The translations under genes and the position numbers were made by a program. 64,000 bases of DNA from Woeseiaceae bacterium. Its GTDB lineage: Bacteria > Pseudomonadota > Gammaproteobacteria > Steroidobacterales > Woeseiaceae. Positions 9,082-19,133 of this stretch are shown piece after piece; position 1 is the stretch's first letter, and each line of letters begins with the position of its first letter. Under the pieces are notes generated by a model, which saw nothing but the letters and a program-made list of their open reading frames with translations, was not told where the DNA came from and did no database searches. The stretch lies in contig JBFIFN010000002.1 of the NCBI GenBank assembly GCA_041602775.1, positions 64,200 to 128,199 on the forward strand, read 5' to 3'.

Positions 9082-11280
9082 TTGTCCCCCAGACCACTGA
9101 TACTGTCCTGCTCACTGCTAGTCGCCACCGCGGCACACGCCGATGCGGACCCATCCTGCACGACGACGCTGGGCCGCGAGCTTGCCGCCGATTCGCCGCT
9201 GCGCGAAATCGTCTCCGACAACCCGGAGACAATCCAGCTGGAGGCTGGGACATTCGAGGCGCAGATGGGCGACAAACCGAGCGCCAGCATGACAGGGGGC
9301 GTGCTCCTGCGGCGCGACGACAAGTATGCGGGCGCCGACTCGGCACGCTACGACCCCGAGCAGCGCGCGCTCCTCCTGGAGGGAGGCGTTCGCTACGAAG
9401 ACCCGGGCACCCAGATTCTGAGCCGTTCGGCGGAATTCGGCTACGACGCGGGCCGAATACGCTTCGAAGGGGCGGAGTTTTCGCTCGGCAGCAGCAACGC
9501 CCGCGGTGCGGCCGAGGAACTCGAGATCAACCAGAACGGCACGCTGTCGCTTGGCGGCGTCGAGTACACGACCTGTCCACCCGGTTCGGAGGACTGGTTG
9601 CTCCAGGGCAAGTCGATCAGGCTCGACACGCGCGAGGGGATCGGTACAGCAAAGGGCATGAAGTTGCGATTCAAGGGTGTGCCTGTGCTCTACCTGCCAT
9701 ACATTTCCTTTCCGATCAGCGATGCGCGCAAATCCGGGCTGCTCACGCCGGAGATCGGCAGTTCGGGCCGCAGCGGCAACGAGCTACGGGTCCCCTATTA
9801 CTGGAACATCGCGCCTAACTACGACGCGACGATAACCCCGCGGCTGCTGACGAGCCGCGGGTTGCAGCTGGAAACCCGGTTCCGTTATCTGACCGAAAAA
9901 AACGAAGGCCAGATCACGGCCGACTACCTGCCGGACGACGACATCCTCGATCGCTCGCGTCACCAGGTCAACGTCACGCACCGCACCAACTTCGGTCGCG
10001 GCTGGCGCAACCGGGTGAATTTCCGCGAAGTATCGGACGGACAGTATTTCGAGGATCTCGGCGGCAGCCTCAGCGTCTCGAGTATTACGCACCTCGACCG
10101 GCACCTTCGTTTCGACTATTTCTCCGAGCGCCTGTCGCTGCTTGCGCAGGCGCAGGAGTACCAGACCATCGACGAGGCCATTCTTCCGTCCGACAGGCCG
10201 TATCGACGCGTTCCGCAGATCGCTCTCAGTGCGAACGTGCCGGCATCGGTATTTCGACTCGGCCTCGACAGCGAGCTCGTCAACTTTGACCGCGACGTCG
10301 GTGTCACCGGATGGCGTTTCAACGCGGCCCCGTCCCTGACGATTCCCGTGCGCAGGCCGGGCTGGTTCTTCGCGCCTGCAATAGAATTTGACTACACGCG
10401 TTACGAGCTCGAGAACACGCTGCCCGGTGAGCCGGCAGAACTTACGCGCTCGGTGCCCATATCGAGCGTGGACGCAGGGCTCGTACTGGAACGCACGATG
10501 GCGGGATCTAATCGCCTGCAGACGATCGAACCACGATTGCTGTACGTCAACATTCCCTTTCGGGATCAGGACGGCCTGCCCGTCTTCGATACGATCTCGC
10601 CCGATATCAACCTCGTGCAGCTGTATCGCAAGAATCGCTTCCTCGGCGTGGATCGCGTCGGCGACACCGAGCAAATCAGTCTCGGCGTGACGTCGCGCGT
10701 CCTCGACGTGTCGTCGGGACGCGAACTCATGACCGCAACCGTCGGGCAGACGCGTTACTTCAGCGACCGGCAGGTGGCGCTGCCCGGGATGCCGGTCGCC
10801 ACGTTCGAAACGTCGGACTACGTTGCCCAGCTGCGTTTCCTGCTGCTCGAAAACGTGAACTTCGGCTTCGGCCACCAGTGGGGCACGGGCGAAGATGGCG
10901 TCACCAAGTCGGAAGCGCGCATGCAATACCGGCCCGCCAGGAACAAGATTCTCAATCTCGCCTATCGCTATCGACGCGATTCACTCGAGCAAGGCGATCT
11001 GTCCTGGTCCTGGCCGCTGGCGAAAAGCTGGAACTTCGTCGGCCGCTACAATTTCTCGTTCCGTGACCAGGAGGTTCTCGAACAGTTCTTCGGACTCGAG
11101 TACGAGAGCTGCTGCTGGGGACTCAGGCTGGTGTCGCGGCGCCACATCTCCACGCGCGACGGAACTCGCGATTCGTCATTCGGTCTGCAACTGGTACTGA
11201 AAGGCATGACGAGCGTCGGCACCGCGGCTGACAAACTACTCGAACGTGGTATTCTTGGCTATTCTGCAGACCTCCAGTAG
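9082..11280 (+). CDS. lptD: LPS-assembly outer-membrane protein LptD
   Basis: 732-aa product with signal peptide, OstA-like N-terminus and large beta-barrel (..PYYWNIAPNYDATITPR..). Heads the canonical lptD-surA-pdxA-rsmA-apaG-apaH array. TTG start as given by the ORF track. Confidence 0.92.
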   Translation: MSPRPLILSCSLLVATAAHADADPSCTTTLGRELAADSPLREIVSDNPETIQLEAGTFEAQMGDKPSASMTGGVLLRRDDKYAGADSARYDPEQRALLLEGGVRYEDPGTQILSRSAEFGYDAGRIRFEGAEFSLGSSNARGAAEELEINQNGTLSLGGVEYTTCPPGSEDWLLQGKSIRLDTREGIGTAKGMKLRFKGVPVLYLPYISFPISDARKSGLLTPEIGSSGRSGNELRVPYYWNIAPNYDATITPRLLTSRGLQLETRFRYLTEKNEGQITADYLPDDDILDRSRHQVNVTHRTNFGRGWRNRVNFREVSDGQYFEDLGGSLSVSSITHLDRHLRFDYFSERLSLLAQAQEYQTIDEAILPSDRPYRRVPQIALSANVPASVFRLGLDSELVNFDRDVGVTGWRFNAAPSLTIPVRRPGWFFAPAIEFDYTRYELENTLPGEPAELTRSVPISSVDAGLVLERTMAGSNRLQTIEPRLLYVNIPFRDQDGLPVFDTISPDINLVQLYRKNRFLGVDRVGDTEQISLGVTSRVLDVSSGRELMTATVGQTRYFSDRQVALPGMPVATFETSDYVAQLRFLLLENVNFGFGHQWGTGEDGVTKSEARMQYRPARNKILNLAYRYRRDSLEQGDLSWSWPLAKSWNFVGRYNFSFRDQEVLEQFFGLEYESCCWGLRLVSRRHISTRDGTRDSSFGLQLVLKGMTSVGTAADKLLERGILGYSADLQ

Positions 11281-11286
11281 GAAAAA

Positions 11287-12585
11287 GTGTTGAAATTCAA
11301 TGCGTTATGCGCGTCCGCACTGTTGCTGGCCGCGCCCGCGGCTCTTGCCGACGAACTCTCGACCACCGGGAAATTCCTGGATGGCATCGCCGCCGTCGTC
11401 AACGAAGGCGTCGTCCTCAAGAGCCAGATGGCCGAGCAGCTGGAGACGATCCGCAGAAACGCGGTGGCCCAGGGTATGCAGCTGCCGCCTGAAGACGTGC
11501 TCGTCGAGCAGGTGCTCGAGCGGCTGATCCTGACGGAAATCCAGCTGCAGCGCGCGGAACGTATCGGCCTCAGAATCTCCGACGAGATGCTCAACCAGTC
11601 GATAGCTGCGATTGCCGCCCAGAACGGCGTGTCGTTCGACGAGATGCCGGCACTCCTGGCCAAAGACGGCCTCGAATACGCCAAGTTCCGTCGCTCGCTG
11701 CGCGATGAGATCACGGTCAGCCAGCTGCGTCGAATCGAGGTCAGCCAGAGCATCAACGTCAGCGAGCGCGAGATCGAGCAGTGCATCGCGGACCTCGAGG
11801 GCAATGTCGTCGCCAATTCCGAATACGAGCTGTCGCACATCCTGCTGCCTCTGCCTGAAGGTGCCTCCGCGAGTGAGATCGCCGAGGTCGAGGCGCTCGC
11901 TAACCAGATCCACGCGCAGATCAGCACCGGGGCGGATTTCCGCGAGATGGCCGTGCGCTATTCAAAGGGCCCGACGGCTTTCGAGGGTGGCTCGCTGGGC
12001 TGGTTGCAGGGTGCGCAGGTGCCGACGCTCTTCACGGACGTGCTCCAGGACATGGGAAAGGGTGAGGTGTCCCGGCCGCTGCGCGCCGCGAGCAGCTTTC
12101 ACATTGTCAAGGTCGACGATTTGCGCAGCGCGGTGCAGCGCAGTGAAGTACAGCAGGCCCGCGTGCGCCACATACTGATCCAGCCGAATGAGCTGATTGA
12201 CGATGCCACGGCGAGACAACAGCTCGAGGATGCGCTCAAGGCCATCCGCGGTGGCGCCGATTTCGGCGAGCAGGCCAAATTGCTGTCCGACGATCCCGGC
12301 TCCGCAAACCTCGGTGGCGATCTCGGCTGGGCCGGTCCGGACACTTACGCGCCGGAATTCGAGCAGGCGATCGCCGCATCCGACATTGGCGTGGTTTCGG
12401 AGCCTTTTCGCACGCAATTCGGATGGCACGTCCTGGAGGTCACGGATCGCCGCGTCTACGACAACACGGAAGATCTCAAGCGCAGCAACTGTGACCGGCG
12501 GATTCGTGCCGCAAAAGTCGAGGAAGAATCGATGCAGTGGATGCAGCGGCTACGCGACGAGGCGTTCGTCGAAAAACGCATCTAG
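11287..12585 (+). CDS. surA: Periplasmic chaperone/peptidyl-prolyl isomerase SurA
   Basis: Signal peptide and two parvulin-like repeats (..FHIVKV.., ..FGWHVLEV..). Synteny. Confidence 0.93.
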   Translation: MLKFNALCASALLLAAPAALADELSTTGKFLDGIAAVVNEGVVLKSQMAEQLETIRRNAVAQGMQLPPEDVLVEQVLERLILTEIQLQRAERIGLRISDEMLNQSIAAIAAQNGVSFDEMPALLAKDGLEYAKFRRSLRDEITVSQLRRIEVSQSINVSEREIEQCIADLEGNVVANSEYELSHILLPLPEGASASEIAEVEALANQIHAQISTGADFREMAVRYSKGPTAFEGGSLGWLQGAQVPTLFTDVLQDMGKGEVSRPLRAASSFHIVKVDDLRSAVQRSEVQQARVRHILIQPNELIDDATARQQLEDALKAIRGGADFGEQAKLLSDDPGSANLGGDLGWAGPDTYAPEFEQAIAASDIGVVSEPFRTQFGWHVLEVTDRRVYDNTEDLKRSNCDRRIRAAKVEEESMQWMQRLRDEAFVEKRI

Positions 12586-12590
12586 GTGTC

Positions 12591-13490
12591 GTGCAGGCTA
12601 AACCTCTCGTAGTCACGGCCGGCGAACCCGCCGGCGTCGGACCTGAGCTTTGCAACGCGCTGGTCGGCACGCGCTTCGAGCAGCGTGTCGTCGTCATCGG
12701 CGATCGCCGCCAGATCGACCCGCAGCTGGCCACGATCGACACTCCGTTTCCTGTCGCGGCCGAGCCGGGCCGACCGACCTCTGCCAATGCGGCGACGCTG
12801 CTGGACGGCCTCCGGCGCGCGGCCGAAGGCTGCCTCCGCGGCGAATTTGCCGGCATGGTGACCGCGCCAGTGGCGAAAAGCGTCATCGCCGACAGCGGCG
12901 TTCCGTTCGTCGGCCATACCGAGTTCCTCGCCGACATTACAGGGGCACGCAAGCCCGTCATGATGCTCGTCGCCGGTGAGCTGCGCGTCGCGCTTGCGAC
13001 GACTCACCTGCCATTGCGCGACGTCGCGGACGCCATCACGGCGGAAAATCTCGACACCATACTGCGCATATTGCACGCGGATCTGCGGACTCGCTTCGGC
13101 ATTGCGCAACCGGAAATCGTCGTGTGCGGCCTCAACCCGCACGCCGGTGAGGACGGCCACCTCGGCCGCGAGGAAATCGACTGCATCACACCGACACTGG
13201 ACGCGCTGCGGGCCGACGGCCTGCGGGTGCGCGGCCCTCTGCCTGCCGACACGGCGTTCACGCCCGCCGCGGGCCACAAGGATGCGGTGCTCGCGATGTA
13301 TCACGACCAGGGTCTGCCGGTCCTCAAGTACGCAGGCTTCGGCCATGCCGTCAACGTGACGCTGGGGCTGCCGATCATTCGAACCTCGGTCGATCACGGC
13401 ACCGCCTTCGACATTGCCGGCACCGGCAAAGCCGACCCCGGCAGCCTGCTCGCAGCCGTCGAACTCGCGCTGCACATGGCCCGCGGCTGA
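12591..13490 (+). CDS. pdxA: 4-hydroxythreonine-4-phosphate dehydrogenase
   Basis: Motifs GHTEFLA, NPHAGE, MYHDQGL and IRTSVDHGTAFDIAG. GTG at 12591 is preferred over the 12537 start, which overlaps surA. The exact start is uncertain. Confidence 0.9.
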   Translation: MQAKPLVVTAGEPAGVGPELCNALVGTRFEQRVVVIGDRRQIDPQLATIDTPFPVAAEPGRPTSANAATLLDGLRRAAEGCLRGEFAGMVTAPVAKSVIADSGVPFVGHTEFLADITGARKPVMMLVAGELRVALATTHLPLRDVADAITAENLDTILRILHADLRTRFGIAQPEIVVCGLNPHAGEDGHLGREEIDCITPTLDALRADGLRVRGPLPADTAFTPAAGHKDAVLAMYHDQGLPVLKYAGFGHAVNVTLGLPIIRTSVDHGTAFDIAGTGKADPGSLLAAVELALHMARG

Positions 13491-14272
13491 TGGGCAGACA
13501 TCGCGCACGCAAGCGGTTCGGACAGCATTTCCTGACGGACCCGGGCATCATCGACGCGATCATTCGTGCGATCAGCCCGGGCGGCGACGACGTGATCGTC
13601 GAGATCGGACCGGGTCGGGGCGCCATCACGGAGCCGCTCGCGCACAGTGCCGGTCACCTGCACCTCGTCGAACTCGACCGCGACCTTGCGGCGCGCCTGC
13701 GGTCGGAGTACGGCAGCCGCGACAACGTCACGGTCCACGAGGCTGACGCACTGCGCTTCGACTTCGGCGCCATCGGCAATCGCCTGCGCATCGTCGGCAA
13801 CCTCCCCTACAACATCTCGACGCCGCTGCTCTTTCACCTGTTGCGATTCCGCGAGCAAATCGTGGATATGCATTTCATGCTGCAAAAGGAAGTCGTCGAA
13901 CGCATGGCGGCGCGGCCCGGCAGCAAGGCTTACGGCCGGCTCGGCATCATGCTGGGCTGCCACCTCCGCGTCGAACCGCTGTTCGACGTGCCGCCCGGGG
14001 CGTTCGACCCGCCTCCCGAGGTCAACTCGGCCGTCGTGAGACTCGACCCCCTGCCGCCCGGCACATTTGCCATCGAGGACGAATCCGGGCTGTCTTCGCT
14101 GGTCGCCGCGGCATTCTCGCAGCGCCGCAAGACCCTTCGCAATGCACTGCGTTCCACCGCCGACGCCGAGGATATTGCTGCCGTCGGTATCGACCCGGGC
14201 CTGCGTCCCGAGCAGGTGTCGATCGACGAGTACGTCGCCCTCAGCAATTTTCTGCGAAACAAATCACGTTAG
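13490..14272 (+). CDS. rsmA: 16S rRNA (adenine1518/1519-N6)-dimethyltransferase
   Basis: Motifs RKRFGQHFL, VEIGPGRGAIT and GNLPYNISTP. ATGA overlap with pdxA. Confidence 0.94.
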   Translation: MGRHRARKRFGQHFLTDPGIIDAIIRAISPGGDDVIVEIGPGRGAITEPLAHSAGHLHLVELDRDLAARLRSEYGSRDNVTVHEADALRFDFGAIGNRLRIVGNLPYNISTPLLFHLLRFREQIVDMHFMLQKEVVERMAARPGSKAYGRLGIMLGCHLRVEPLFDVPPGAFDPPPEVNSAVVRLDPLPPGTFAIEDESGLSSLVAAAFSQRRKTLRNALRSTADAEDIAAVGIDPGLRPEQVSIDEYVALSNFLRNKSR

Positions 14273-14273
14273 A

Positions 14274-14663
14274 ATGGCGCCCATGGACGACAAAGACTGC
14301 GACATTCACATTCATGTGGCCACGAGCTACATCGATGACCAGTCCGAACCCGAGGCCGATCGTTACGTCTTCGGCTACACGATTACGATTTCCAACGAGG
14401 GCGACGTGCCGGCGACGTTGTTGAGCCGGCACTGGATCATCACGGACGCCAACGGCAAGGTGCAGGAAGTCAGTGGCGACGGCGTCGTCGGCGAACAGCC
14501 GCACCTGAATCCCGGCGAACGCTTCCGCTATTCGAGCGGGGCCGTCCTCGAGACCCCGGTGGGCGCTATGCAGGGCCTGTACCGCATGCGGACCGACGGG
14601 GGCCAGTCGTTCGATGCACCGATCAGGCCGTTCACGCTGGCCGTTCCGGGCCTGCTGCACTGA
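14274..14663 (+). CDS. apaG: ApaG (DUF525) protein
   Basis: The ATG at 14274 gives the typical ~129-aa ApaG (..YTITISNEG..SRHWIITDANGKVQEV..GEQP.L.PGE.F.Y.S). Confidence 0.9.
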   Translation: MAPMDDKDCDIHIHVATSYIDDQSEPEADRYVFGYTITISNEGDVPATLLSRHWIITDANGKVQEVSGDGVVGEQPHLNPGERFRYSSGAVLETPVGAMQGLYRMRTDGGQSFDAPIRPFTLAVPGLLH

Positions 14664-14676
14664 CCCGGGCTGCGAC

Positions 14677-15498
14677 GTGGCCATTTACGCGATCGGCGAT
14701 CTCCAGGGGTGCTACGACCCGTTCCGCCGGCTGCTCGACGCCATCGACTTCGACCCGGACAAGGACACCGTCTGGCTCACCGGTGATCTCGTGAACCGCG
14801 GTCCGAAGTCCCTGAAGACGCTTCGATTCGTGCGTGACCTCGGCGACTCGGCCATCACGGTTCTCGGCAACCACGACCTGCATCTGCTCGCGCTGCAATC
14901 CGGGGCACTGCATAACGGCAATCGCTTTCGCAGCCTGCGCAAAGTCCTGCGCGCCACGGACGCGAACGAACTCTGCGACTGGTTGCGCCATCGCCCGCTT
15001 GCGCATTACGACAAGAAACTGGAAACGCTGCTCGTGCACGCGGGCACGTATCCGCGCTGGACGGTCAAGAGGACACTCGCGCGGGCTGCCGAAGTGGAAA
15101 CGGCACTGCAGAGCGACGGCTATGTCAACCTGCTCGGCAAGATGTACGGCAATACGCCCGTAAAATGGTCGGGCAACCTGACCGGTCACAAGCGGTTGCG
15201 CTTCATCATCAACTGCCTGACACGCATGCGAATGGTGACGCCGGACGGCCGCCTGGACCTGAACTTCAGCGGTTCGCCGTTCCGGGCGCGTCGAGGCCTG
15301 CAGCCCTGGTATGCCGTCGACAAGCCGTCGTGGCGAGGCACTCGCATCGTCTTCGGACACTGGTCGGCGCTCGGACTCGTCGTGCTGCCGGAGGTCGTGA
15401 GCCTCGACACGGGCTGCGTCTGGGGCCGACAGCTCACGGCCGTGCGGATCGACAAGCGCGTACCGCGTGTCGTGCAGGTAAAAGGACAGCAGCGATGA
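14677..15498 (+). CDS. apaH: Bis(5'-nucleosyl)-tetraphosphatase, symmetrical
   Basis: GTG at 14677. Metallophosphatase motifs IGDLQGCYD, GDLVNRGP and GNHDLHLL. Confidence 0.92.
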   Translation: MAIYAIGDLQGCYDPFRRLLDAIDFDPDKDTVWLTGDLVNRGPKSLKTLRFVRDLGDSAITVLGNHDLHLLALQSGALHNGNRFRSLRKVLRATDANELCDWLRHRPLAHYDKKLETLLVHAGTYPRWTVKRTLARAAEVETALQSDGYVNLLGKMYGNTPVKWSGNLTGHKRLRFIINCLTRMRMVTPDGRLDLNFSGSPFRARRGLQPWYAVDKPSWRGTRIVFGHWSALGLVVLPEVVSLDTGCVWGRQLTAVRIDKRVPRVVQVKGQQR

Positions 15499-16010
15499 AA
15501 TCCCTGACCGCATTCAACCTGCAACGCTGGATAGACGAACACCGGGAGCAGCTCCAGCCGCCCGTCTGCAACCAGCAGGTTTTCGAGGAGAACGACTTCA
15601 TCGTCATGATCGTCGGTGGTCCCAACTCGCGGAAGGACTATCACGTCGATGATGGACCCGAACTTTTTTACATGATCGAGGGCCACATGCTGCTCAAGGT
15701 CGTCGTCGACGGCGAACAAAAGGACATCCCGATCGGCGAGGGAGAAATGCTGCTCCTGCCGCCGCGCGTTCCGCATTCGCCCCAACGCTTTGCCGATACG
15801 GTCGGGCTCGTCGTGGAGCGTGCCCGCCTGCCCCACGAGCTGGACGGTTTCATGTGGTTTTGCGACGAGTGCTCGAACAAGCTCTACGAAGAATTCGTCT
15901 ACATCGATGACATCGTCGGCCAGCTGCCGCCGATCTTCGAACGCTTCTGGGAGTCCGAAAACAACCGCACTTGTGGCGAATGCGGTGCCGTCATGTCCAG
16001 GCCGGCGTGA
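15495..16010 (+). CDS. nbaC: 3-hydroxyanthranilate 3,4-dioxygenase (cupin)
   Basis: The ATG at 15495 overlaps the apaH TGA (ATGA). Cupin core (..DYHVDDGPELFYMIEG..LLLPPRVPHSPQR..) plus C-terminal CDEC...CGEC rubredoxin-like site. Confidence 0.88.
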   Translation: MKSLTAFNLQRWIDEHREQLQPPVCNQQVFEENDFIVMIVGGPNSRKDYHVDDGPELFYMIEGHMLLKVVVDGEQKDIPIGEGEMLLLPPRVPHSPQRFADTVGLVVERARLPHELDGFMWFCDECSNKLYEEFVYIDDIVGQLPPIFERFWESENNRTCGECGAVMSRPA

Positions 16011-17281
16011 GCAAATACGAGGACAGTCGCGCATTCGCGACCCGCATGGACGGCATGGATCCGCTGGCTGGATTCCGCGCCGAGTTCAACTTCCCCCGGG
16101 AAAAGAACGGGCGAAAGCCCATCTATCTCTGCGGCAATTCGCTTGGCCTGCAGCCAAAGCGCGCCGTGGAGTATGTGGAGAAAGAGCTCGCCAACTGGCG
16201 GGACTATGCTGTCGATGGCCATTTCCACGCAGCGCGTCCATGGCTGACGTACCACAGGCGGGCGACAGCGGGCTTCGCCGCGCTGACCGGTTCGCTGGAA
16301 CACGAAGTCATCGCGATGAACACGCTGACCGTGAACCTGCACATCCTCATGGCCAGCTTCTACCGTCCGACGCAGGAGCGCCATAAGATCGTTATCGAAG
16401 ACGGCGCATTTCCGTCCGACAATTATGCGGCCGCGTCCCAGCTGCGGCTGCACGGTTTCGACCCCGATGTGAGCCTCCTCGAATGGGCGCCGCGCGCGGG
16501 CGAGGCCCATTTGCGCATGGCCGACCTCGCGGCGCTCCTGGAGCGTGAAGGCGACGCTGTCGCACTGCTTCTGCTACCCGGCATACAGTATTTCACGGGC
16601 CAGGTGCTCGACATGCAGGCGATTTGCGATCTCGGTCGCCGGCACGGTTGCCGCGTCGGCCTCGATCTCGCGCATGCTGTCGGCAACGTGCCGCTCGCAC
16701 TGCACGACTGGGCGCCTGATTTTGCGGCGTGGTGCACTTACAAGTACCTGAACGCCGGTCCCGGCGCGATCGCGGGCGCATTCATCCACGAGTGCCACAC
16801 GACAACCGACGACTTCCTGCACGGCTGGTGGGGAAACGAGGAGAAGACGCGATTCCTCATGGAAGCGCCGTTCCGGCCGGCCGCGGGCGCCGAGGCCTGG
16901 CAGATGAGCAACCCGCCCATACTCTCACTTGCGCCTGTCATCGCGTCGCTGCAGTTGTTCGAGCGGGCCGGGCTCGAGAGGCTTCGCGAGAAGTCGAAGG
17001 ATCTTACCGGTTACATGCGCTGGCTCATCGAGCAGCGGTTTCGGGGACGCATCGACATCCTCACACCGGCTGCCGCGCAGGGCTGCCAGCTGTCACTCGT
17101 CATCACCGACGAGTCGCAGAGCGCCCGTGCCGTGTTCGACAGGCTGTGCGAATTGAACGTGACGGGTGACTGGCGCCACCCGAACGTAATTCGCGTGGCC
17201 CCGGCGCCGATGTACAACAACTTCGCCGACGTCTTCGAGTTCGCGGAGCGACTCGATCTCGCACTGGAAAACGCTGCATGA
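16007..17281 (+). CDS. kynU: Kynureninase (PLP-dependent)
   Basis: The GTG at 16007 overlaps the nbaC stop. Motifs YLCGNSLGLQP and WCTYKYLNAGPGAIAG (PLP-Lys region). Confidence 0.9.
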   Translation: MSKYEDSRAFATRMDGMDPLAGFRAEFNFPREKNGRKPIYLCGNSLGLQPKRAVEYVEKELANWRDYAVDGHFHAARPWLTYHRRATAGFAALTGSLEHEVIAMNTLTVNLHILMASFYRPTQERHKIVIEDGAFPSDNYAAASQLRLHGFDPDVSLLEWAPRAGEAHLRMADLAALLEREGDAVALLLLPGIQYFTGQVLDMQAICDLGRRHGCRVGLDLAHAVGNVPLALHDWAPDFAAWCTYKYLNAGPGAIAGAFIHECHTTTDDFLHGWWGNEEKTRFLMEAPFRPAAGAEAWQMSNPPILSLAPVIASLQLFERAGLERLREKSKDLTGYMRWLIEQRFRGRIDILTPAAAQGCQLSLVITDESQSARAVFDRLCELNVTGDWRHPNVIRVAPAPMYNNFADVFEFAERLDLALENAA

Positions 17282-18669
17282 GCAAAGAGACGATCAACAT
17301 CATCGGTGCTGGCCAGTGTGGTGCGCTCATCGCGATCATGCTCGCGCGCCACGGCTACCAGGTGGAAGTCTACGAGCGGTTCCGCGATCCGCGTATCGAG
17401 GATGCCGAGGCCGGCCGTTCAATCAATCTTGCCCTGGCAGCGCGCGGCCTGAATGCGCTCGAAAAAGTCGGTATCGAACGGCTGATACAACCGTTGCTCG
17501 TGCCGATGCGCGGCCGCATGGTCCACCGGCAGGACGGGTCGACCGAGTTTCTGCGTTACGGACAGCACCGGGACGAGGAGATTTACTCGATCACGCGGCT
17601 CGGCCTCAACCAGGTATTGCTCGGTGCGGCCGAAGAAATCGACAACCTGAATCTCAATTTCCAGCAAAACGCGATCGGCTTTGATGCGCCGGATCGCACG
17701 GTGCACGTACGCGACGAGCGGGACGGCAGCCTCTACCAGATCGAAGCCGATCCCCTATTTGCCGCCGACGGTGCGGGGTCCATCATCCGTCGGTCTTTCG
17801 ACGGGACAGGCACTTTCGGCGGCGTCGAGAACATGTTGACGCACGGTTACAGGGAACTGGCGATTCCGACGGGGCCAGACGGCCGCTACCAGCTGGACCC
17901 GAACGCGCTGCACATATGGCCGCGCGGTGGGTTCATGCTGATTGCACTGCCCAATCCGGGCGGCGATTTCACATTGACACTGTTCCTGCCGAACGAGGGC
18001 CCGGGAAGCTTCGAGGAACTCGACAACGAAACGTCCATCATCGCGTTCTTCGACGAGCACTTCGCGGACGCGGCGCCGCTGATCCCGAATCTCGTCGAGG
18101 ACATGCTCAATCACCCGCTCGGCGTCCTCGGCACCGTGCGTTGCCGTCACTGGCACGATCGCGGAAACGTGCTGCTGCTCGGCGATGCGGCGCATGCCAT
18201 CGTGCCATTCCACGGCCAGGGCATGAACCTCGCGTTCGAGGACTGCGTGCTGCTCGACCAGATCGTTACCGACCTCGGCAGCGACTGGGCCAACGTCTTC
18301 GCCCGCTTCGAATCCGAACAGCTGGCGAACGCCAACGCCATCGCCGATATGGCGCTCGACAATTACATCGAGATGCGCGACACGGTCCGTGACCCGAAAT
18401 TCGCGCTGCGCAAGGAGTTGGCGTTCGAACTCGAGCGCCGGCTTCCCGAGCACTTCATACCGCGCTATTCGATGGTCATGTTCCACGAGGACATTCCCTA
18501 CCTGACGGCGCAGCGCCGCGGCGAGGTGCAAAAAGCGCTGCTCGAGGAGTTCACGGCCGACGCGACGACGCTCGGGGACGTCGATGTCGATGCGGCAGCA
18601 GCAGCGGCGGTCCGCCGTCTGCCGCCGATCGACTCGGTCAGGAACGACCTGTCCGTGCGTAAAGCCTGA
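17278..18669 (+). CDS. kmo: Kynurenine 3-monooxygenase (FAD)
   Basis: ATGA overlap with kynU. Motifs IIGAGQCGALIAIMLARHGYQVEVYER (GxGxxG) and LLGDAAHAIVPFHGQGMN. Confidence 0.9.
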   Translation: MSKETINIIGAGQCGALIAIMLARHGYQVEVYERFRDPRIEDAEAGRSINLALAARGLNALEKVGIERLIQPLLVPMRGRMVHRQDGSTEFLRYGQHRDEEIYSITRLGLNQVLLGAAEEIDNLNLNFQQNAIGFDAPDRTVHVRDERDGSLYQIEADPLFAADGAGSIIRRSFDGTGTFGGVENMLTHGYRELAIPTGPDGRYQLDPNALHIWPRGGFMLIALPNPGGDFTLTLFLPNEGPGSFEELDNETSIIAFFDEHFADAAPLIPNLVEDMLNHPLGVLGTVRCRHWHDRGNVLLLGDAAHAIVPFHGQGMNLAFEDCVLLDQIVTDLGSDWANVFARFESEQLANANAIADMALDNYIEMRDTVRDPKFALRKELAFELERRLPEHFIPRYSMVMFHEDIPYLTAQRRGEVQKALLEEFTADATTLGDVDVDAAAAAAVRRLPPIDSVRNDLSVRKA

Positions 18670-19126
18670 ATGACATGTCGTAGTCGTTGTTGTCGTCGGC
18701 TAAGTGCCGCTCGTCGCTGATCAGCTGCCAGTCGCTGCCGAGCGCAGGAAAGCGCGCATCGCCCTGCACCTCGGCGTGCACGCGCGTCAGGTAGACGCGA
18801 TCCGCGAGCGGCAGGAACAGCGCGTAGATCTCGCTGCCCCCGATAATCATGATCTCGTCGGCGCCGGCTGCCGCCGCGATGGCGGCTTCCGCGCTCGTAA
18901 CAACCTCGGCGCCCTCGAATTCCAGCCCGGGCCGCCGCGAAACCACGATGTTCTGCCTGCCCGGCAGCGGGCGGCCGATCGACTCCCGGGTCTTGCGTCC
19001 CATGACGATGGGCTTGCCCATGGTCAAGGCCTTGAAGCGCCGGAGATCGCCGGGCTGGCGCCACGGAAGGTCGCCATCGCGGCCGATGACGCCGTTCTCC
19101 GCGGCCGCAACAATCAGCGAGATCAT
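18638..19126 (-). CDS. folA: Dihydrofolate reductase
   Basis: Motifs ISLIVAAAENGVIGRDGDLPW and VMGRKT.ESIGRPLPGRQNIVVS. Its 3' end overlaps the kmo 3' end (convergent). Confidence 0.94.
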   Translation of the reverse strand: MISLIVAAAENGVIGRDGDLPWRQPGDLRRFKALTMGKPIVMGRKTRESIGRPLPGRQNIVVSRRPGLEFEGAEVVTSAEAAIAAAAGADEIMIIGGSEIYALFLPLADRVYLTRVHAEVQGDARFPALGSDWQLISDERHLADDNNDYDMSFRLYARTGRS

Positions 19127-19133
19127 TTGTCGG

